The notes: generated by a model not told the origin, from the letters alone. 64,000 nucleotides of DNA from an uncultured delta proteobacterium (GCA_963848295.1 CAWKDB010000002.1:1376001-1440000); one strand, 5' to 3'. Counted from the stretch's first letter, positions 10,435 to 21,036 are shown. Program-made: numbers and translations.

Positions 10435-11355
10435 TCACTTGCGAAGCGCCGGGTGAATCGGCCTGGTCTCGACCGCGACCGAGGAGATCCGCCATCCGTC
10501 GCTCCCCAAGCGCAACGTGACAGCGTTGTGCCGCGCCTCGGTATGGCTGACCTCGTCCGTGCGCAGCGTGGCTTCGGTCGGTGTCGACGAGCCCACGGTG
10601 TGGATCGCGTTTGCATCGAGGTCGGGCAGCTCGTGGTTCGTGCACGCGGTGGCGAGCTCGGCGGCGGACGCGAGGCGTCGGGTCTTCGTCGGGTGGCCAA
10701 CTCGGGTCAGGTCGGAGACGAGCGGCAGCATCGAGCTCGCGACCAGCTCCTTGCCCTTGCAGTCGGCGAGCACTTGCCGAGCGTGGTCGATCGCCGCGGG
10801 CAATGCGTTCATCGCATCGGCGTTGACCCCGACAACGACGCCGACGCGCTCGTGTGCGAACAGCGCCACGTCGGTGATGCATGCGCGGTCGCCATGGCGA
10901 GCCCCTTTCGAGAACGTGAGCGTCAGCTTGCCTACGGCGCCGCCGCGCAACTCCGCGGAGGCTTCGCCGCGTGCGTTCGGCGTAACGACCACCCGTTGCG
11001 CGTTGTCGGTGGCGACCACGAGCTCGTCAGGAACGGTGTCGAGGTCCGGCGTTTTCGAACCGGTCGCGTTGAATTCGAATCGAAAATCCAAGCGAGTTAG
11101 CGGCACCGCGGGCGTGAGCTCGATCGTCAGCGATTCGCCGGTGCCGTTGCCGTGCGCGCCTTCGCACCACGACGTGTCGCTCTCGCCATCGAGCGCGAAC
11201 CATGCGGAATGTGGGCCGTCGTCGTCGCGCAGCATCGAAGACGCCGTCACCTGCGCGCTGACGAGGTCTACGTCTGGCGCCGCGCGTGCGCTGCGACCAA
11301 CGGCGACGATCAAGAGTGCCGCACGTGCGAATGTTCCGAGCGCGTCCTTCGACAT
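10435..11355 (-). CDS. Secreted protein with discoidin/NADase-type glycan-binding-like domain
   Basis: Signal-like N-terminus; ASS....ALDG...TSWCEG..GNGTGESLTI pattern. Confidence 0.6.
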   Translation of the reverse strand: MSKDALGTFARAALLIVAVGRSARAAPDVDLVSAQVTASSMLRDDDGPHSAWFALDGESDTSWCEGAHGNGTGESLTIELTPAVPLTRLDFRFEFNATGSKTPDLDTVPDELVVATDNAQRVVVTPNARGEASAELRGGAVGKLTLTFSKGARHGDRACITDVALFAHERVGVVVGVNADAMNALPAAIDHARQVLADCKGKELVASSMLPLVSDLTRVGHPTKTRRLASAAELATACTNHELPDLDANAIHTVGSSTPTEATLRTDEVSHTEARHNAVTLRLGSDGWRISSVAVETRPIHPALRK

Positions 11356-11398
11356 CTTTATGGTCCGGACGGAGCAGTATCGCGCGAGTCGCACCCGG

Positions 11399-12043
11399 CT
11401 AGTCGCCGAAGAACACGTCGAAGCCGACGAGAAACGAGCCATCGACCGCGGTCGGCTGCGACGCGGGCTCGGTGGTGCGCCCGACCGCCGGGTCGGTCCA
11501 CGCGCGCGCGAGCGAGAAGCCGACGCGCAGTGCCGCCGACGCGTGGCCGGCGCGATTGGTCATGGCCCAGCTCAGGTCGAGCCCGACAATCGGGCGTGAC
11601 CGCGCCGGCTCGACGCCGATCGCGACGGTCTCGACACCGACGTTCGGCACGAGGTAGAGGTCCATGCGCTCGAGCCGAGCGCGACCGCCGCGCGGGTGGT
11701 GCACGACCTTGCCGCGGGCGACGCTGACCCGGCCTTCGAGCAGTGCGCGATAGTCGCTGCCCGGCGCTTCGTCGCCGCCGCAGCTCGGGCCGGCGCACGC
11801 GCGATCGAGGTGCAGCCACTCTAGCTCGCCGAGCAGCGCGAACCGATCGAGCTCGATGCCGCCGTGTAGCCGAAACCCTTCGCCGCCGTGGCCGAGGTTC
11901 GTCGTGACCGCACCGGCGAACGGTCCACCGCCGAGCTCCCAGCGCAGGCTTGGATCCGGGATCGGACCGGCCTCGTCGGGCGGATCGGCGTGCGCGCCCG
12001 CGGCGACGGCCAGCAAGGTCACGACGGTGAGCACGCTCCGCAC
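11399..12043 (-). CDS. Hypothetical secreted protein, possibly an outer-membrane beta-barrel
   Basis: GAGGA RBS before GTG; signal peptide ending AHA; amphipathic strands and aromatic C-terminus (FLVGFDVFFGD). Confidence 0.55.
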   Translation of the reverse strand: MRSVLTVVTLLAVAAGAHADPPDEAGPIPDPSLRWELGGGPFAGAVTTNLGHGGEGFRLHGGIELDRFALLGELEWLHLDRACAGPSCGGDEAPGSDYRALLEGRVSVARGKVVHHPRGGRARLERMDLYLVPNVGVETVAIGVEPARSRPIVGLDLSWAMTNRAGHASAALRVGFSLARAWTDPAVGRTTEPASQPTAVDGSFLVGFDVFFGD

Positions 12044-12165
12044 TCCTCGGTCGTAGCGCGGCGGGTCGTGCCGCTGCCAATTACGTTTTCGTGGAGGGCG
12101 CGCTGGAGCCACAGATTATCGCGGGATCCGACGGAAACTGGGTCCAGGGTGGTAGCTTGCCCGCG

Positions 12166-13713
12166 ATGGGGGGCGATCCAGCGATCCGCAGCGCGTCGAC
12201 CACGACGGTCGCGCGCCTGTTCGCCGCTCGCGCCCAGGTTACGCCCGCGCGCGTCGCGATCGTGGATGGTGCGACGCGGCGCAGCTATCGCGAGCTCGAC
12301 GACCGCACGCAGCGGCTCGCGAACGCGTTGCTCGCGCGCGGCGTCACGCGTGGCGAGCGGATCGCGCTGTTGTCCGAGAATCGCGCGGAGGTGCTCGAGG
12401 TCATGCTCGCCGCGGCGCGGATCGGCGCGATCGTCGCTTGTCAGAACTGGCGGCTCGCGGCTCCCGAGCTGCGCCACTGCATCGCGCTGGTCGAGCCCGC
12501 GCTCGCGATCGTCTCGCCGCGCCATCGCGACCGGGTCGGCGACCTCTCGACGCTCGAGCTCGGCGCCGACTACGAGCGAGCGCTCGCCGCCGCCGGCCCC
12601 CTGCATGTCGCGGCCGACCTCGATCCCGAAGATCCGCTGCTCATCCTCTACACGAGCGGTACGACCGGCCTACCGAAAGGCGCGGTGCTCAGCCATCGCG
12701 CGCAGATCATCCGCAACCTCGTGACCCGCGCCGAGTTCGCGGTCGCGCCCGACGACACGTTCGTGGCGTGGTCGCCGCTCTATCACATGGGTGCGGTCGA
12801 CAACTCGCTCGGGACGCTGATGTCGGGGGGGACGGTGTTCGTCGTCGATGGCTTCGATCCGCCACGGCTCGCCGAGATCGTCGCGGCCGAGCCGCTCGGT
12901 TGGTTGTTGCTCATGCCGGGCATGGTCGGCCGGTTCGCCGACGAGCTCGCGCACCGGCGCGTGACGCCGCGAGGGGTCAAGGTGTGCGGCGTGATGGCCG
13001 ACCTCGTGCCGCCGTCGGAGATCGCCGCGATCACGACTGCGTTGCGCGCACCCTACGCGAACACGTTCGGCGCGACCGAGACCGGCTGCCCGCCGTGCTC
13101 GTCGAGCTTGATCCCGATCGGCACGGCGCCGGCGAAGCTGTCGAAGCAACAGAGCCCGTTCTGCGAGGTCCGGCTGGTCGATCCCGCGTGGCGGAGTGAA
13201 TCCGCCCCGCTCCACTCCGGGCCCGACGACCGCGACGTCGCCGACGGCCAACCCGGAGAGCTCGCGATGCGCGGCCCGACCTTGTTCTCCGGCTACTGGC
13301 GCGCATCCGCCGACGATTTTCGCGGCGGCTGGTTCCACCTGGGCGACGTGTTCGTGCGCAACGGCGACGGCTCGCTCGACTTCGTCGATCGCGTGAAATA
13401 TCTGATCAAGTCCGGCGGCGAGAGCATCTATCCGGCGGAGATCGAGCGCGTGATCCTGACCGAGCCCCGGGTCGCCGATGTCGCGGTCGTGCGCGCGCTC
13501 GACGCGAGGTGGGGCGAAGTTCCGATCGCTTTCGTCGCGCGCCGCGATCCATCGCTCGACGACACCGCGTTGTTCGCGCTGTGCCGCGCCGAGCTTGCCG
13601 GCTACAAGCAGCCCAAGGCGATCCACTTCATCGCCGAGGCCGAGCTGCCGCGCAGCGCGTCCGGCAAGATCTTGCGGCACGAGCTCGAGCGCCGCGTCCG
13701 AGGTGAATCATGA
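12166..13713 (+). CDS. AMP-binding acyl-CoA ligase
   Basis: YTSGTTGLPKG, FGATE, WFHLGD, IKSGGE..YPAEIE, LPRSASGKI motifs. Confidence 0.93.
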   Translation: MGGDPAIRSASTTTVARLFAARAQVTPARVAIVDGATRRSYRELDDRTQRLANALLARGVTRGERIALLSENRAEVLEVMLAAARIGAIVACQNWRLAAPELRHCIALVEPALAIVSPRHRDRVGDLSTLELGADYERALAAAGPLHVAADLDPEDPLLILYTSGTTGLPKGAVLSHRAQIIRNLVTRAEFAVAPDDTFVAWSPLYHMGAVDNSLGTLMSGGTVFVVDGFDPPRLAEIVAAEPLGWLLLMPGMVGRFADELAHRRVTPRGVKVCGVMADLVPPSEIAAITTALRAPYANTFGATETGCPPCSSSLIPIGTAPAKLSKQQSPFCEVRLVDPAWRSESAPLHSGPDDRDVADGQPGELAMRGPTLFSGYWRASADDFRGGWFHLGDVFVRNGDGSLDFVDRVKYLIKSGGESIYPAEIERVILTEPRVADVAVVRALDARWGEVPIAFVARRDPSLDDTALFALCRAELAGYKQPKAIHFIAEAELPRSASGKILRHELERRVRGES

Positions 13714-14471
13714 CCGCCGTGCCGCCGACTACCGCCATCGCGACCTCGACGTCGACCGACATCACGATCCGGGGCAAGAGCCTGCTCGAGCTGATGGGCT
13801 CGCTCACGTTCACCGAGATGATCTGCTTCCAGGTGCTAGGCCGCGTCCCGGCCGCCGGAGCGGTCGCGGTGATCGATGCGTGCCTGGTCACGCTCGTCGA
13901 GCACGGCCTGACGCCGAGCGCGATCGCCGCGCGCTTGGTCTACGCGAGCTCGCCCGATGCGATGCAAGGCGCGGTCGCCGCGGGCTTGCTCGGCGTCGGC
14001 AGCCGGTTCGTCGGCACGGTCGAAGGTTGCGCGCGGCTCGTCGCCCGCATCGCCGCCGCGAGCGACGCCACCGCCGAGGCTGCCGCGATCGTCGCCGAGC
14101 ATGCCGCCGCGAAACACCCGGTGCCCGGCTTCGGCCACGATATCCACAAGCCCGACGATCCCCGCACGCCGCGGCTGTTCGCGATCGCGCGCGAGCACGG
14201 AATCGCCGGCGTTCATATCGCGGCGCTCGAGACGCTGTCGCGCGTGCTCGATGCGGCGAAGCACCGCCACCTCACGATCAACGCGACCGGAGCGGTCGCC
14301 GCCACGCTCGCCGACTGCGGCGTCCCCGCCGAGATCATGCGCGGGTTCGCGTTGGTTTCGCGCTGTGCCGGCTTGATCGGGCACATCCACGAGGAACAAC
14401 ATCGCACGACGATGACCACGATCTGGGAAGCGGCGGAGCGCGCCGTCCCTTATGAACCCGACGGGAGATGA
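13710..14471 (+). CDS. Citryl-CoA lyase / citrate synthase-like protein
   Basis: EHGLTPS, VPGFGH..HKP.DPR, INATGA motifs; 4-bp overlap with the ligase gene. Confidence 0.85.
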   Translation: MTAVPPTTAIATSTSTDITIRGKSLLELMGSLTFTEMICFQVLGRVPAAGAVAVIDACLVTLVEHGLTPSAIAARLVYASSPDAMQGAVAAGLLGVGSRFVGTVEGCARLVARIAAASDATAEAAAIVAEHAAAKHPVPGFGHDIHKPDDPRTPRLFAIAREHGIAGVHIAALETLSRVLDAAKHRHLTINATGAVAATLADCGVPAEIMRGFALVSRCAGLIGHIHEEQHRTTMTTIWEAAERAVPYEPDGR

Positions 14472-15157
14472 TGACGATGACGAAGCTCTACATGCATCCT
14501 GCCTCTACAGCTAGCCGGCCGGTCCGCTTGTTCGTCGCCGAGCACAAGCTCGACGTCGAAGAGAAGGTGGTCGACATCATGACCGGCGAGCACTACTCGG
14601 AGTGGTACTCGACGATCAACCCGAACCGCATGGTGCCGATGCTCGAGGACGGCGACCTCAGGCTGACCGAGAGCTCGGCGATCCTCAAGTACCTCGCGAC
14701 CAAGCACGACCTGCCCGAGTACCCGAAGGATCTCAAGAAGCGCGCGAAGGTCGACGAGATGATGGACTGGTTCAACACTCAGTTCTATCGGGACTTCGGC
14801 TACGGCCTCGCGTATCCGCAGCTGTTCCCGCACCACAAGCGTCCGAGCGACGAGATCCACAAGGGCACGATCGAGTGGGGTCGCAAGAACGCAGCGGAGT
14901 GGTTCAAGGTGCTCGACAGCTACTTCATCGGCAACAAGCCGTTCACGACCGGCGATCAGATCACGATCGCGGACTACTTCGGCGCGTGCATCGTCACGGT
15001 CGGCGAGGTCATTCGCTGCGACTTCTCGCACCTGCCGAACGTCAAGCGCTGGCTTGGCAACGTCAAGAAGCTGGCGCAGTGGAACAAGATCAACGAAACG
15101 CTCGCGGGCTTCGCGAACGCGGTCAAGGATCAGCCGTTCGCCGCGATCACGCCGTAA
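14468..15157 (+). CDS. Glutathione S-transferase (theta-like)
   Basis: INPNRMVPML, LTESSAILKYL, ITIAD motifs. Confidence 0.92.
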   Translation: MMTMTKLYMHPASTASRPVRLFVAEHKLDVEEKVVDIMTGEHYSEWYSTINPNRMVPMLEDGDLRLTESSAILKYLATKHDLPEYPKDLKKRAKVDEMMDWFNTQFYRDFGYGLAYPQLFPHHKRPSDEIHKGTIEWGRKNAAEWFKVLDSYFIGNKPFTTGDQITIADYFGACIVTVGEVIRCDFSHLPNVKRWLGNVKKLAQWNKINETLAGFANAVKDQPFAAITP

Positions 15158-15180
15158 CTCGACGCGGTGGAGAGGTCGTC

Positions 15181-15666
15181 ATGATCAAGGGTTTGCATCA
15201 CAACGCGTATCGCTGCCGAGATGCCGAGCAGACGCGAAGGTTCTACGAGGACTTTCTCGGGCTACCGCTCGTCAACGCGTTCGAGATCAAAGAGACGAAG
15301 TCCGGTCGGCAGACCCAGGTCTTGCACCTGTTCTTTCAGATGGACGACGGCTCGTGCCTCGCGTTCTTCGAATCGCCGGGTGCGCCGTTCGACTTCAAGG
15401 CGCAACACGACTACGACCTGCACATCGCGGTCGAGGTCGCCCACGACGTGCTCGAGCCGATGCTGGCGAAGGGCAAGCAGGCCGGCATCGAGTCTCGCGG
15501 CATCGCGGATCACGACGGCATTCATTCGATCTATTTTCGCGATCCGAACGGCTACGTCATCGAGCTCACCGCGAAGACGCCGCGCCACGCCGACTGGATG
15601 GATCCGGCGAAGAACGGTGCGCGCGAGCACCTCGCGACCTGGCAGCGCACGAAACCGGCGTCGTAG
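15181..15666 (+). CDS. VOC/glyoxalase family protein
   Basis: GLHHNAY, FYEDFLGL, SIYFRDPNGYVIEL; GGAGAGG RBS. Confidence 0.9.
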   Translation: MIKGLHHNAYRCRDAEQTRRFYEDFLGLPLVNAFEIKETKSGRQTQVLHLFFQMDDGSCLAFFESPGAPFDFKAQHDYDLHIAVEVAHDVLEPMLAKGKQAGIESRGIADHDGIHSIYFRDPNGYVIELTAKTPRHADWMDPAKNGAREHLATWQRTKPAS

Positions 15667-15668
15667 CG

Positions 15669-16727
15669 CTACATGACGACGCGATAGACCGTGCTCAGCG
15701 AGCTGCCCGACGCGTAGTAGATCGCGTTGTCCCCGACGACCGGACCGACCGGATACGTCGCGCCGGTCGCGAGCAGCTGCGCCGCGCTGCTGCCGTCGCG
15801 CGCGATCCGGCTGATCGAGCCTTGATTCGCGACCGGTGGCGCCTCGAGGCCATCGCCTGGCGTGACGACCCCGATCTCGCTCCAGTAGACGAACTGATCG
15901 TCGACCGCGAGCCCGGAGAGCTGCGTCGCCGGCGTCGCGACCACGCTGACCGCGCCACCGTCGACCGAGACCGAGCTGATGACGTTCGGCGTCGCGCCTT
16001 GCAGCGGCGTCGACGTCCAGTACACCGTGCCATCGGCGACCGCGATGCCGACCGGCGCGTCGTCGAGCTCGGTGTTCGGCGGCAGCGTGTACTGCGCCGG
16101 GACGAGCGTGCGCACCGCGCCGCCCGCGATCGGCACCGACGACACCGCGCCGAACATGTCGCTCCAGTAGACGTGGCCGTCGTCGAGCGCGATCGGCCCG
16201 ACCGTCGCGAGCCCGGTCGCGAGCGTGACCGCCGCGCCGCCGGCAATCGGCTGCTCGACGAGCGTGCCGACCGGGTTCGAGCTCGAACCGAACGTGCTCC
16301 AGTAGATGTTGGTGGCGTCGACCGCGACGCCAATCGGCTCGTCGGTCGATGCGATCTGCACGACCCCGCCGCCCGACATCGCGACGCGATCGACCGAGCC
16401 CGACGGGAGGTTGCCATCGGCCCAGTAGACGTTCGCGCCGGCGCTCGTGATCGACCCGCCGAGCGCGAACGGCGTGGTCGGCGGCGAGACGATCTCGGTG
16501 CCCGCCGAGCTCGCGTCGGTGGGAGCGCGACCGATGCCGCCCATGTCCATCCAGTAGACCTCGCCTCCGGCGAGCGTCAGCGACAAGATCTGGTTCTGCG
16601 TCTGCGCGAGCTGATCCTCCGCGGTCGGCGTGCCACACAGCGGAGGCGGTTGGCTCCCGTGATCGGTGCAGCCGGCAAGGAGCAGGGTGGCAAAGGTCGA
16701 GTCGCGAATAAGCGAGGTCAACGACAT
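15669..16727 (-). CDS. Lipoprotein with YWTD-like beta-propeller repeats
   Basis: LLLAGC lipobox; about six (I/L)AVD...VYW repeats. Confidence 0.8.
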   Translation of the reverse strand: MSLTSLIRDSTFATLLLAGCTDHGSQPPPLCGTPTAEDQLAQTQNQILSLTLAGGEVYWMDMGGIGRAPTDASSAGTEIVSPPTTPFALGGSITSAGANVYWADGNLPSGSVDRVAMSGGGVVQIASTDEPIGVAVDATNIYWSTFGSSSNPVGTLVEQPIAGGAAVTLATGLATVGPIALDDGHVYWSDMFGAVSSVPIAGGAVRTLVPAQYTLPPNTELDDAPVGIAVADGTVYWTSTPLQGATPNVISSVSVDGGAVSVVATPATQLSGLAVDDQFVYWSEIGVVTPGDGLEAPPVANQGSISRIARDGSSAAQLLATGATYPVGPVVGDNAIYYASGSSLSTVYRVVM

Positions 16728-16741
16728 GTGCCGAGCCGTTT

Positions 16742-16757
16742 TGCAACGGGTGCGCCT
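16742..16757 (-). promoter_or_regulatory. Possible sigma-54 -24/-12 promoter
   Basis: Minus strand AGGCGCACCCGTTGCA (GG-N10-GC) just upstream of the 16727 start; leader would be very short. Confidence 0.3.
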
Positions 16758-16947
16758 AAGTCCGACCGCTGGTAACCGCCCGGGATACATGGAGTCGCCG
16801 CGGCGCACACTTCAGAAATCTGAGACCGCCATCAGTTCGACGAGCTGGTCGCGCTCACCGCGAACGAAGCGCATCTTCGCGTTACAACCGTGTGATGTTG
16901 AAGAGGGTCGCGTTCAAGGCCGACAGCCGGATCTGGACCGCGTACGA

Positions 16948-18303
16948 CTACGCGGTCGCCGCGAGCGCGTCGCCGAGCACGCCGATCAGACGATCGATCT
17001 CGTCGCGGGTCGAGATGAACGGCGGCGCGAGCTGGATCGTGTCGCCGCCGTAGCGGACGTACATGCCCTTCGCGAGGCACTTCATCGCGATGTCGAACGG
17101 CCGCTTCGCGGGCTCGCCCGGCAGCGGCTCGATCGTCAGGCCGGCGGCGAGGCCGTAGTTGCGGATATCCATCACGTGCTTGTGGCCCTTGAGGCCGTGG
17201 ACCTGCGTCTCGAAGTACGGCGCGAGCTCGCGGACCTTGGCGATCGCGTTGTCGCTGACGAGCAGGTCCAGCGCCGCGACGCCCGCCGCGCACGCGATCG
17301 GATGCGCCGAGTAGGTGTAGCCATGCGGGAACTCGAGCAGGTAGTCGGCGCCACCGGCCGCCATGAACGTGTCGTAGACGTGCTTGTGCGCGACGACCGC
17401 GCCGAGGGGCTGGACGCCGTTCGTGACCTGCTTCGCGATGTTCAAGATGTCGGGCGTGACGCCGAACGCCTCGGCGCCGGTGTACGCGCCCATCCGGCCG
17501 AACCCGGTGATGACCTCGTCGAAGATCAGCAAGATATTGTTCGCGGTGCAGAGCTCGCGCAGCCGAGCGAGGTAGCCCGCCGGCGGCGGAATCACCCCGG
17601 CCGAGCCCGCCATCGGCTCGACGATCACCGCGGCGATGTTCGACGCGTCGTGCAACGCGATCAGATCCTGGAGCTGATTCGCGAGCGCGATGCCGGTCGC
17701 GGTGTCCTTCGGCATGCCGCGGGTGAACGCCGCCGACTTATCGCGCAGCGCGAGCTGGGTGTGCGGCAGATGGTCGGCGTCGACCGCCTGGCCGAACGTC
17801 TTGCGGTTGCCCGCGATGCCACCGACCGAGATGCCGCCGAAGTTGACGCCGTGATAGCCCTTCTCGCGACCGATGAGGCGAGTCTTGCCGCCCTGCCCTT
17901 TCGCTCGCCAGTACGCGCGCGCCATCTTGAGCGACGTGTCGGCGGCCTCCGAGCCCGATCCGCAGAAGAACACGTAGTCGAGCCCGGCCGGCGTGAGCTC
18001 CTTGATCTTGTTCGCGAGCGCGAACGAGCCGGGATGACCGAACTGAAACGCGGGCGAGTAGTCGAGCGTCGCGACTTGCTTCTGCACCGCCTCGACGATC
18101 TCGCGCCGCGCGTGGCCGAGGCCCGCGCACCACAAGCCGGACAGTCCGTCGAACACCTTCTTGCCGTCGCCGTCGGTGTAGTACGCGCCCTCGGCGGCGA
18201 CGAACATGCGCGGGTGCGCCTTGAACTCGCGGTTGCCGGTGAACGGCATCCAATGCGCGTCGAGCCACGCGCTGTCTGTCTGGAGCTTGATCGGATCTTT
18301 CAT
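16948..18303 (-). CDS. Class III aminotransferase, beta-alanine:pyruvate transaminase type
   Basis: WMPFT.NR.FK, DGLSGLWC, SGSEA, FDEVITGFGR, HGYTYSAHP; lies in the pyrimidine catabolic operon. Confidence 0.92.
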   Translation of the reverse strand: MKDPIKLQTDSAWLDAHWMPFTGNREFKAHPRMFVAAEGAYYTDGDGKKVFDGLSGLWCAGLGHARREIVEAVQKQVATLDYSPAFQFGHPGSFALANKIKELTPAGLDYVFFCGSGSEAADTSLKMARAYWRAKGQGGKTRLIGREKGYHGVNFGGISVGGIAGNRKTFGQAVDADHLPHTQLALRDKSAAFTRGMPKDTATGIALANQLQDLIALHDASNIAAVIVEPMAGSAGVIPPPAGYLARLRELCTANNILLIFDEVITGFGRMGAYTGAEAFGVTPDILNIAKQVTNGVQPLGAVVAHKHVYDTFMAAGGADYLLEFPHGYTYSAHPIACAAGVAALDLLVSDNAIAKVRELAPYFETQVHGLKGHKHVMDIRNYGLAAGLTIEPLPGEPAKRPFDIAMKCLAKGMYVRYGGDTIQLAPPFISTRDEIDRLIGVLGDALAATA

Positions 18304-19698
18304 AGCGAAAACGTTCCTCTCTTGACGAACCGGCCGCGGCCTTTCGGCGCCTGACCGATCCACTTATCGTTCTCGACGATCAGCTCGCCGCGCGATAGCA
18401 CGTGCGACGGGCTACCCGGCACGACGTGGCCTTCGAACGGCGAGTAGTCGATCCGCATGTGCAGCGTGTCGACGCCGAGCTTCTTCTCACGCTTCGGATC
18501 CCACACGACGATGTCGGCGTCGGCGCCGGGGGCGATCACGCCCTTCTTGCCGTACATGCCGAAGATCTTCGCCGGCGCGGTCGACGTGATCTCGACGAAC
18601 CGGTTCATCGAGATCTTGCCCTGCGTCACGCCTTCCCACAGCAGGTGCAAGCGGGTCTCGACGCCCGGCATGCCGTTCGGGATCTTCGAGAAGTCGTTCT
18701 TGCCGAGCTCCTTCTGATCCTTCATGCAGAACGGGCAGTGATCGGTCGCGACGACGCTAAGGTCGTAGTTGCGCAGGCCGCGCCACAGGTGCTCGTGGTG
18801 ATGCTTCTTGCGCAGCGCCGGCGTCGCGACGAAGCCCGCGCCCTTGAACTCGTTGCCCGGATCGCCGCGGAGGGCATCCTCGTCGAGGAACAGGTACTGC
18901 GGGCAGGTCTCGGCGTACGCCGGCAAGCCGCGGTCGCGCGCCTCCATCACGCGCTCGAGCGCGCGCTGCGCCGACAGGTGGACCATGTAGACCGGCACCT
19001 TCGCCATCTCGGCCAGCGCGATCGCGCGCTCGGTGCCGGTCGCCTCGGCGATCTCCGGCCGGGTCAACGCGTGATTGATCGGCGCGGTATGACCGGCCGC
19101 GAGCGCGCGCTGGATCAGCACGTCGATCGGCAGCCCGATCTCGGCGTGCATCGTGATCAGCGCACCGAGCTCGCCAGCGCGCAGCATCGCCTTGAAGATC
19201 TGCTGATCGTCGACGAGGAACACGCCCGGATACGCCATGAACATCTTGAACGACGTCACGCCCTCGCGCACCATCGCGGCCATGTCCTCGAGCGTGCTCG
19301 GGGTCGCCTCGGTCATGATCATGTGGAAGCCGTAGTCGATCGCGGCCTTACTCTCGGCTTTCTGCGTGCCACGCGTCGAGCCCGGCGCGCATCGACGAGC
19401 CCTTCGACTGGATCGCGAAGTCGACGATCGTCGTCGTGCCGCCGTGCGCCGCGGCGATCGTGCCGGTCTCGAAGTCGTCCGACGCGGTCGTGCCGCCGAA
19501 CGGCATCTCCATGTGCGTATGACAATCGATGCCGCCCGGGATGACGTACTTGCCGGTCGCGTCGATCGTCTTCTGCGCGGTGCCGAGGTTCGTACCCGGC
19601 GCGACGAGCGCGGCGATCTGGCCGTTGTCGATCCAGACATCCGCCTCGAACGTGTCCGAGGCGGTGACGACCGTGCCGCCCTTGATCACGGCGGTCAT
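18300..19698 (-). CDS. hydA: Dihydropyrimidinase (one frameshift near 19365, probably an assembly error)
   Basis: PGGIDCHTHM, AAAHGGTTTIVDF, GVTSFKMFMAY, ETCPQYL, ATDHCPF, split across ORFs 19348-19698 and 18300-19640. Confidence 0.92.
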
Positions 19699-20150
19699 CG
19701 CACGATCCTCCGGTGCGGCTTGGGCGCGGACTTCGCGGTCGCGATCGCCTTGGCCTTGGTCTTCTTGGTGACCGGCTGATCGACGAACCAGAACTCGTCG
19801 TCGGTCTCGCCGATCACGGCTTGCTTGCCGGCGATCGCGGCGATGTGCTCGGCGAACACCAGCACCTTCGCGAGATCGATCCCGGGTCCGACCACGCAGT
19901 AGGTCTCGAGCGCGTGATCGTCGAACCGCTTGACGTCACCCGCGACGGTCACGCCCTCGATCGAGGCGCGCCAGCGATCGCCGTGCTTGCCGGCAGGCAA
20001 CTTCGCGACGAGGCCCAAGTGCTTCGCGGTCGACTTCAGCGCGGCTAGCACCTCGGCGTGGGTCGCATAGCGCGAGTCGCCCGGGTTTGCCGAGCCCGGA
20101 CGGATCTCGTAACGATCGCTCGTCGCCGCCGCCGTCGTCGCGGCCGACAC
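19695..20150 (-). CDS. Hypothetical protein embedded in the pyrimidine operon
   Basis: GTG overlaps the upstream stop and its stop overlaps the hydA start; Lys-rich C-terminal tail. Confidence 0.55.
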   Translation of the reverse strand: MSAATTAAATSDRYEIRPGSANPGDSRYATHAEVLAALKSTAKHLGLVAKLPAGKHGDRWRASIEGVTVAGDVKRFDDHALETYCVVGPGIDLAKVLVFAEHIAAIAGKQAVIGETDDEFWFVDQPVTKKTKAKAIATAKSAPKPHRRIVR

Positions 20151-21021
20151 TAGCGGTCCTCGACGAGATCGCCGTAGGCATCGGGCCGGCGGTCGCGGAA
20201 GAACTGCCACGTCCGGCGCACCTCTTCGATCATGTCCAGGTCGAGTGTCGCGGTGACGAGCTCGTCTTTGTCCTCGCTCGCGCACGCGATGATCTCGCCG
20301 CGCGGATCACGAAGTACGAGTTGCCGTAGAACTTGCCGATGTTCCACGGCGCTTCGGTGCCGACCCGGTTGATCGCGCCGACGAAGTAACCGTTCGCGAC
20401 CGCGTGCGCCGGCTGCTCGAGCTTCCACAGATACTGCGAAAGCCCGGCGACCGTCGCCGACGGGTTGTAGACGATCTCCGCGCCGTTCAAGCCCGAGCGC
20501 GCGCGCCCCCTCGGGGAAGTGGCGGTCGTAGCAGATGTAGACGCCGATCTGCGCATACTTGGTCTTGAACGTCGGATAGCCGAGGTTGCCGGGCCGGAAG
20601 AAGTACTTCTCCCAGAATCCCGACTGGTCTGCGGGATATGGGTCTTGCGATACTTGCCGAGGTAGCTGCCGTCGGCGTCGATCACCGCGGCGGTGTTGTA
20701 GTAGACGCCGGCCGACTCGCGCTCGTAGAGCGGCACGACCATCACCATCTTGTACTTCGCGGCGAGCGGCGCGAGCTTCTCGACCGTCGGGCCGGGGACC
20801 GCTTCGGCCGCGTCGTACCAGCGCTTGTCTTGGCCCGGGCAGAAGTACGGCCCGTTGAAGATCTCTTGCAGGCACAGGATCTGGACGCCCTTCTTGCCGG
20901 CGTCGTGGATCATCGGCAGGTGCTTCTCGAGCATCGCCGCCTGGACCTCGGCGACCGACTTCGACTCGTCGTTGATCGGGTTCCTGGCTTGGATGAGGCC
21001 GGACAGAATCGTGCGAGACAT
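20150..21021 (-). CDS. Nitrilase-family beta-ureidopropionase (frameshifts near 20625, 20490, 20308)
   Basis: Catalytic triad motifs CLQEIF, YRKTHIP, YICYDRHFPE; FWEKYFFRPGN; WQFFRDRRP. Confidence 0.88.
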
Positions 21022-21036
21022 CAGGTTCTCCTCTTC

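Noticed and set aside
16790..16945. Structured ncRNA or riboswitch in the intergenic gap
   Set aside because: Only short GC stems; no tRNA cloverleaf or riboswitch consensus that I can recognise.
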